A stretch of 64,000 nt of DNA from Clostridia bacterium (lineage in GTDB: Bacteria > Bacillota > Clostridia > Oscillospirales > CAG-272). The stretch covers positions 10,060 through 74,059 of the forward strand of contig JAFQPI010000014.1 of assembly GCA_017411805.1 (NCBI GenBank), given 5' to 3'. The notes beneath the pieces were generated by a model, which saw only the letters and a list, made by a program, of their open reading frames with translations, ran no database searches and had not been told where the DNA came from. The position numbers were made by a program, and so were the translations under genes. Of this stretch, positions 59,376-64,000 are shown piece by piece; positions within the stretch are counted from its first letter, which is position 1, and each line of letters opens with the position of its first letter.

Positions 59376-62051
59376 ATGGCAAGTAAAAAGATAAATTGGG
59401 GAGAGGAACTGAAGACGGCGGGCAGGGTCGCGCTTCGCGCTGCCGGCAAATTCTTTCAGATATTTGCGAATATTTTGATCACGCTTCTCCTGATCGTTGC
59501 CCTTACGGGTATAATAGTTGTATGTGCTTTCTCGGTATATATAAACAATTACGTTGAGACCGAGATAGACGCGGAACTTTTCCGTATCGACGTCTCGAGC
59601 TCGACCACGACTCATATGTATCGCTATGAGTTTACCGACCGTGCAAACCGCGTCGGAAAAGAGATCCCGATGGATTCCGCGGCGGATAAGCAGCTTCAGG
59701 GCGAGGTCGACCAGATGTACGTTCCGATCGACAAGATACCCGATAATATGATAAATGCCGTCATCGCGATCGAGGACAAGCGTTTTATGACGCACAGCGG
59801 CGTTGACTGGAAGCGCACCGCGGGTGCGGGTCTGACCTTCTTTACAGGCGGCGGAGAAGGATTCGGCGGATCGTCGATCACTCAGCAGCTTATAAAGAAC
59901 GTAACCGGAAACGACGAGTATTCGATACAGCGTAAGATCCAGGAGATCTTCTGGGCGCTCGACCTTGAGACGAAGATGGACAAGGAAGAGATCATCGAGC
60001 TTTACCTCAATATCGTAAACTTCGGAAACGGCTCAAACGGAGTTCAGGCTGCGGCTTACAATTACTTTTCGAAGGATGTTTCCGAGCTGACGCTTATCGA
60101 GTGCGCGGCGATTGCGTGTATTACAAAGAATCCCTCGCGCTTCAACCCCGTAGTATATCCCGAATATAACGCGGAAAGAAGAGATATCGTCCTTTATGAG
60201 ATGTATGATCAGGGACTTATCACATACCGCGAATTTGAGGAGGCTTATGAAAAGGAGCTCGTGCTCAATCTTCCCGGAAGCCGCGAGGAAGAGGATGACA
60301 CCGACACCGATCTTTCGGGCATAAACTCCTGGTATGCGGATATGGTAATCGAGGACGTTATCAAGGATCTTATGAAGGAGTACAATTATTCCGAAAAGAT
60401 GGCGTCGATCCTCGTTTATAACGGCGGTCTCAATATCTATTCTCTTGTGGATCCCGAAATACAGACAATTCTGGAGGAAGCCTTCAAGAACGAGTCCAAT
60501 TTCCCCGAGACCGGCTCGGGAATCATGCCCCAATGCTCTGCGATCGTTATAGATCCCTATACAGGCGACGTCCTCGGTGTTGTCGGCGCAAGAGGAGAGA
60601 AGACCGCGAACAGAGTGCTGAATTTTGCTACTCAGTCAAAGAGACCTCCCGGATCCGCTATCAAGCCGCTGGCGGTTTATTCTCCTGCGTTTGAGCAGGG
60701 AATACTGACTTGGTCAACGGTGCTTGAGGATACTCCTCACAGCTTTCTTCCCGATGCTTCGGGAAAGCTTTACGCCTGGCCGAGAAACTCGACCAGAACC
60801 TATCGCGGATATATCAACGTGGCATATGCACTTAAGGTTTCGACGAATACCGTTGCCGTAAAGCTCCTTGAGAAGGTAGGACTTGAGAATGCATTCGATT
60901 TTTGCTATGATACGCTTAATATGAAGAGCATGATCGAATACGGCGAGTTTTCGGACGGTACGGCATATTCCGACATCGGACTTGCCTCGCTCGCTCTCGG
61001 TCAGCTTAACTACGGCGTTACCGTCCGCGAGATCACCGCGGCTTACTCGATGTTCGTAAACAGCGGAATATACAGCGACTCTAATTCCTATCTGAAGGTC
61101 ACAGACTCGAGCGGAAATATTCTTCTTGAAAACGGATACGAGGGTACCGTTGCCATCAGCGAGGAAACCGCTTCGATCATGAACATGCTTCTTGAGAGCG
61201 TCCCGAGATCCGGCGGTACTGCATCTGCGATCGAATTTGACAGCAAATACGATATCGATGTTGCGGGTAAGACGGGTTCCGCGGGTGACTATTACGACAG
61301 ATGGTTTATCGGCTATACTCCCTATTATATTTGCGGAGTATGGTACGGTTATGAATATCCAAAGCCCATCAGCGCATCATCGAACCCTTGCGTTAAGGTC
61401 TGGGATGCTGTTATGGGCAAAATCCATGAGGACAAGGTAATTGCCAATATGCAAGAGGGGGACGAGTATCTCGAATTTAACGTTTCAAACAATTTGGTGC
61501 AAGCTACCTTCTGCAAGGACTCGGGTCTTCTCATGAGCGAGGCTTGCTCGCACGACCCGAGAGGAAATCGCGCAGAAACGGGCTGGTTCGTCAAGGGTAC
61601 CGAGCCCACGACCTACTGCGAGACTCACGTAATGGTTGATTATGACTTTGTTGAGGGCGCGATGGCTTGCGAGTGGTGCCCGCCGCAAAACATCAAGCAG
61701 GTCGCGCTTGTTAAGGTGGACAGAAAGTTCCCGATCGCGGTTACCGTTGTTGATGCTCAGTATGCATATGTTGAGCTTCCTTTTGACGTTATGCCTTATC
61801 AGACCGTATATCGACCCTATTATTACAACCTCGGAGGTAAAGATTATTATTGCGGATACACCGACAACGTAAGACAGTATAACCGCACCTGTATGGCACA
61901 TTTCAATAAAACGGAATGGCAGAAAAAGGTCGCCGATATAATCGCGGGAATGGAAACGACAGCACCCGAGCCCGAAGTTACCGCCGCTCCGGTGGATCTC
62001 AGACGCCGTATTTTCGATTTGTTTTCTTTACCCAAAAATTGCAAATGGTAA
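59376..62051 (+). CDS. class A penicillin-binding protein (transglycosylase/transpeptidase)
   Basis: GT51 motif IAIEDKRFMTHSGVD. Transpeptidase motifs SAIKP (SxxK), STN and KTGSA. Confidence 0.85.
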   Translation: MASKKINWGEELKTAGRVALRAAGKFFQIFANILITLLLIVALTGIIVVCAFSVYINNYVETEIDAELFRIDVSSSTTTHMYRYEFTDRANRVGKEIPMDSAADKQLQGEVDQMYVPIDKIPDNMINAVIAIEDKRFMTHSGVDWKRTAGAGLTFFTGGGEGFGGSSITQQLIKNVTGNDEYSIQRKIQEIFWALDLETKMDKEEIIELYLNIVNFGNGSNGVQAAAYNYFSKDVSELTLIECAAIACITKNPSRFNPVVYPEYNAERRDIVLYEMYDQGLITYREFEEAYEKELVLNLPGSREEEDDTDTDLSGINSWYADMVIEDVIKDLMKEYNYSEKMASILVYNGGLNIYSLVDPEIQTILEEAFKNESNFPETGSGIMPQCSAIVIDPYTGDVLGVVGARGEKTANRVLNFATQSKRPPGSAIKPLAVYSPAFEQGILTWSTVLEDTPHSFLPDASGKLYAWPRNSTRTYRGYINVAYALKVSTNTVAVKLLEKVGLENAFDFCYDTLNMKSMIEYGEFSDGTAYSDIGLASLALGQLNYGVTVREITAAYSMFVNSGIYSDSNSYLKVTDSSGNILLENGYEGTVAISEETASIMNMLLESVPRSGGTASAIEFDSKYDIDVAGKTGSAGDYYDRWFIGYTPYYICGVWYGYEYPKPISASSNPCVKVWDAVMGKIHEDKVIANMQEGDEYLEFNVSNNLVQATFCKDSGLLMSEACSHDPRGNRAETGWFVKGTEPTTYCETHVMVDYDFVEGAMACEWCPPQNIKQVALVKVDRKFPIAVTVVDAQYAYVELPFDVMPYQTVYRPYYYNLGGKDYYCGYTDNVRQYNRTCMAHFNKTEWQKKVADIIAGMETTAPEPEVTAAPVDLRRRIFDLFSLPKNCKW

Positions 62052-62071
62052 AGATAAATTTACAAAAACTG

Positions 62072-62100
62072 TTGACAAAGCCCAAGCATTGTTGTATAAT
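62072..62100 (+). promoter_or_regulatory. consensus sigma-A promoter
   Basis: TTGACA, 17 nt, TATAAT. Confidence 0.7.
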
Positions 62101-62135
62101 ATGTATACCACTTCAAACGGAGGAATAACGAAATT

Positions 62136-62639
62136 ATGAAAAAATTCAGATCTTTGATTGCACTTCTTCTCGCGCTTCTCGCGCTTCCCATGTGTCTGTT
62201 TGCATGTGATAAAGGCTCCGGCGACGCAGAATCCGAGAATCCCGATGATACCACAGACGGCATCGCAGTAACTATCGTTGTCAACGGGCTTGTATCTTCC
62301 GACGGAACGGATAACCCCTTCCTCAAGACCAGAGATAATGAAGTATTCCGTGTTGCTCCCGGTACAACTCTTAAGGATGCTCTTACCGCACTTTGCGCAG
62401 CAAGAGAAGAGGCTTCCTACACTCTCGAGAATACAGGCAGATTCTCTACCTTCACCTTTGGCTCCGATAAGCTCGAGGCTAAGGCTGAAAAGCAGAGCGA
62501 TGATACCTATATCGACTACTATTTCGAGACCACAGTTAACGGAACTGCTCTCGTTAAGGAAGAAGCCGCATCTTATGTGATCAATCATAAGGACGTAATC
62601 AAGATCACACTTACCAAGGGTACTCCTTACACCCCGTAA
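62136..62639 (+). CDS. lipoprotein, DUF4430-like (weak assignment)
   Basis: Lipobox LFAC. The C-terminal pattern VNGTALVKEEAASYVINHKDVIKITL resembles DUF4430. Confidence 0.55.
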   Translation: MKKFRSLIALLLALLALPMCLFACDKGSGDAESENPDDTTDGIAVTIVVNGLVSSDGTDNPFLKTRDNEVFRVAPGTTLKDALTALCAAREEASYTLENTGRFSTFTFGSDKLEAKAEKQSDDTYIDYYFETTVNGTALVKEEAASYVINHKDVIKITLTKGTPYTP

Positions 62640-62656
62640 TCAATTATCAATTTATT

Positions 62657-62692
62657 AAAAAACAACCGATCGCCTGCGATCGGTTGTTTTTT
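62657..62692. terminator. bidirectional terminator
   Basis: A-run, AACCGATCGC / GCGATCGGTT hairpin, T-run. It overlaps the mnmA stop. Confidence 0.8.
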
Positions 62693-63728
62693 ATTCCGAA
62701 TAAGCTATTATTCCTCCGCCGAGAAGATCGTCGCCGTCGAAGAAAACGGCGGATTGACCGGGTGCGGGTGCTCTTTGAGGTGTGTCAAACTCGATCAGTG
62801 CCTTTCCTTCAGAGATGTATGTGACCTTTGCTCTGCCCGGCTTTTTTGTGTAGCGCAGGCTGACGCTTGCTTCGAATGAATAAGAGGGGAATTCACCGGC
62901 AAAATATCTGCAATTCTCAGCGTAAACACGAGTCCGGTAGAGCTCGTTTTCGCGGCAGAGAGTGATATTGCGGCTCTCGGGATCGATATTTCCGACGTAA
63001 AGCGGAGCGGTCGATGCGATGCCGAGACCCTTGCGCTGACCTATCGTGTACGCGCTGATTCCTTTGTGCTTGCCGAGGAATTTTCCCTCCGTATCAATAA
63101 AATTGCCAAGCTTCGGCGGCTCTTTTGACCTGCCCGCGACGAAATCCGCACAGGAAATATCCTTGATAAAGCAGATGTCCTGACTGTCGGGGGATGATGC
63201 CGAGGGGATGCCGAGCTCCTTTGCGATCGCGCGGATCTCGGGTTTCGTCATTCCCGAGAGGGGGAAGAGAAGACGCGAGAGAATGTCCTCGCCGAGCATA
63301 TAGAGGAAGTAGCTCTGATCCTTTGCTTTGTCGGTTGCGGCGGTTATGACGGGATGACCGTCGCGGATGCCGATCGCGGCGTAGTGCCCCGTTGAGATAA
63401 ACTCGCATCCGAGACTGTCTGCCGTTTTGATGAGCGCGGGAAACTTGATATAACCGTTGCAGAGCACGCATGGGTTGGGTGTTCTGCCCTTTTCATATTC
63501 CGAAACAAAGCGCGAGAGGACGAATCGCTCAAAATCACCGCGCATATCGACGGTCACGTGCGGGATTCCGATTGTATCCGCAACCGTCTTTGCCGCCTTT
63601 GCGTCGTATTCGTGTATATCGTGCATGACGAGCGTTGCGCCCGTGACCTCGTGTCCCGCGCGCATAAGAAGTGCCGCCGCAGTCGAGCTGTCAACGCCTC
63701 CGCTCATTCCGAGTAAAACCCTTGCCAT
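62691..63728 (-). CDS. mnmA: tRNA 2-thiouridine(34) synthase
   Basis: PP-loop LLGMSGGVDSS and catalytic Cys blocks. 345 aa. Confidence 0.9.
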   Translation of the reverse strand: MARVLLGMSGGVDSSTAAALLMRAGHEVTGATLVMHDIHEYDAKAAKTVADTIGIPHVTVDMRGDFERFVLSRFVSEYEKGRTPNPCVLCNGYIKFPALIKTADSLGCEFISTGHYAAIGIRDGHPVITAATDKAKDQSYFLYMLGEDILSRLLFPLSGMTKPEIRAIAKELGIPSASSPDSQDICFIKDISCADFVAGRSKEPPKLGNFIDTEGKFLGKHKGISAYTIGQRKGLGIASTAPLYVGNIDPESRNITLCRENELYRTRVYAENCRYFAGEFPSYSFEASVSLRYTKKPGRAKVTYISEGKALIEFDTPQRAPAPGQSAVFFDGDDLLGGGIIAYSE

Positions 63729-63737
63729 TTTCAGTAC

Positions 63738-64000
63738 CTATATCCTTTCAAGCAGTTCGGAGGGCTTGATTGCGGGAACGGAGCTGCTTTTGAAATCTTT
63801 TATATTTCTCGTAACGATATAATTCACCTTGGTTCTTGACGCGCAAACCGATTGCAGGGCGTCCTCGTAATCGGAAAAGTCGAGGTCAGCTGCCTTTATC
63901 AGGTCCGTCCCGCGCAGATCGACTACGGTGAATATTGACGTCAGCACGGTAAGAATTTCCTTGATCCTTTCACTATCCAGCTCTTTGCGCATAATATAGA
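63738..64000 (-). CDS. PIN-domain protein (VapC-like), 5' end beyond window
   Basis: The frame stays open to the window edge. The C-terminal pattern YEDALQSVCA...YIVTRNIKDF is typical of PIN toxins. Confidence 0.55.
   Translation of the reverse strand, partial: YIMRKELDSERIKEILTVLTSIFTVVDLRGTDLIKAADLDFSDYEDALQSVCASRTKVNYIVTRNIKDFKSSSVPAIKPSELLERI

Overview
This is a 64-kb chromosomal window from a Firmicutes/Clostridia organism, probably Oscillospirales or Ruminococcaceae-like. The taxonomic call rests on sporulation-type genes (ricT, whiA, SpoIID-domain, YpeB-like), a dockerin-bearing protein and consensus sigma-A promoters.

Most of the window is densely packed core genes:
- asnA (5'-truncated by the window edge), ttcA-like, a TrmN6-like methyltransferase, a clostridial ferredoxin that the ORF track misses, ricT and holB.
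- A ytrA-like GntR/ABC operon.
- An AI-2E transporter, PHP hydrolases, an ACT plus UPF0210 pair, and a ThuA / xylose-isomerase-like TIM barrel / Gfo-Idh-MocA sugar cluster.
- An ECF-like sigma / anti-sigma-like / S8 protease operon.
- SpoIID-domain protein, a type IIA topoisomerase A subunit, tsaC, prfA, an M18 aminopeptidase, coaE, murB, whiA, dnaE, a class A PBP and mnmA.

There is one RNA gene, tRNA-Lys(UUU). I saw no rRNA, CRISPR array, cas, integrase, transposase or reverse transcriptase gene.

Five patches are not explained by ordinary annotation:
1. 13.5-15.9 kb: a tRNA-Lys-linked array. A 40-43 nt perfect palindrome (T) occurs three times. A ~165-nt ladder of short hairpins with self-complementary 8-nt linkers (R) occurs twice. 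There is one intact and one decayed four-helix-bundle (23S IVS protein / Avd-like) gene, an HTH-TPR regulator, and a 27-nt duplicate of the tRNA 3' end.
2. 21.8-26.6 kb: an orphan phage receptor-binding-type operon (small Ig-like protein, collagen-like tail fibre, fibre-like protein with a metallophosphoesterase core). No other phage gene is present, and a perfect GAAC-N4-GTTC box lies upstream.
3. 10.7-11.1 kb: two ACTAGT-based heptad arrays flank a 240-bp hairpin-bounded AT-rich insert.
4. 7.2-7.4 kb: paired C-tract/G-tract hairpins with G-quadruplex potential.
5. 36.8-40.1 kb: an AT-rich sigma/protease island, with a decayed paralogous remnant at 30.3-31.1 kb.

All calls come from reading the sequence and recalling protein families. 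No database search or folding computation was run.
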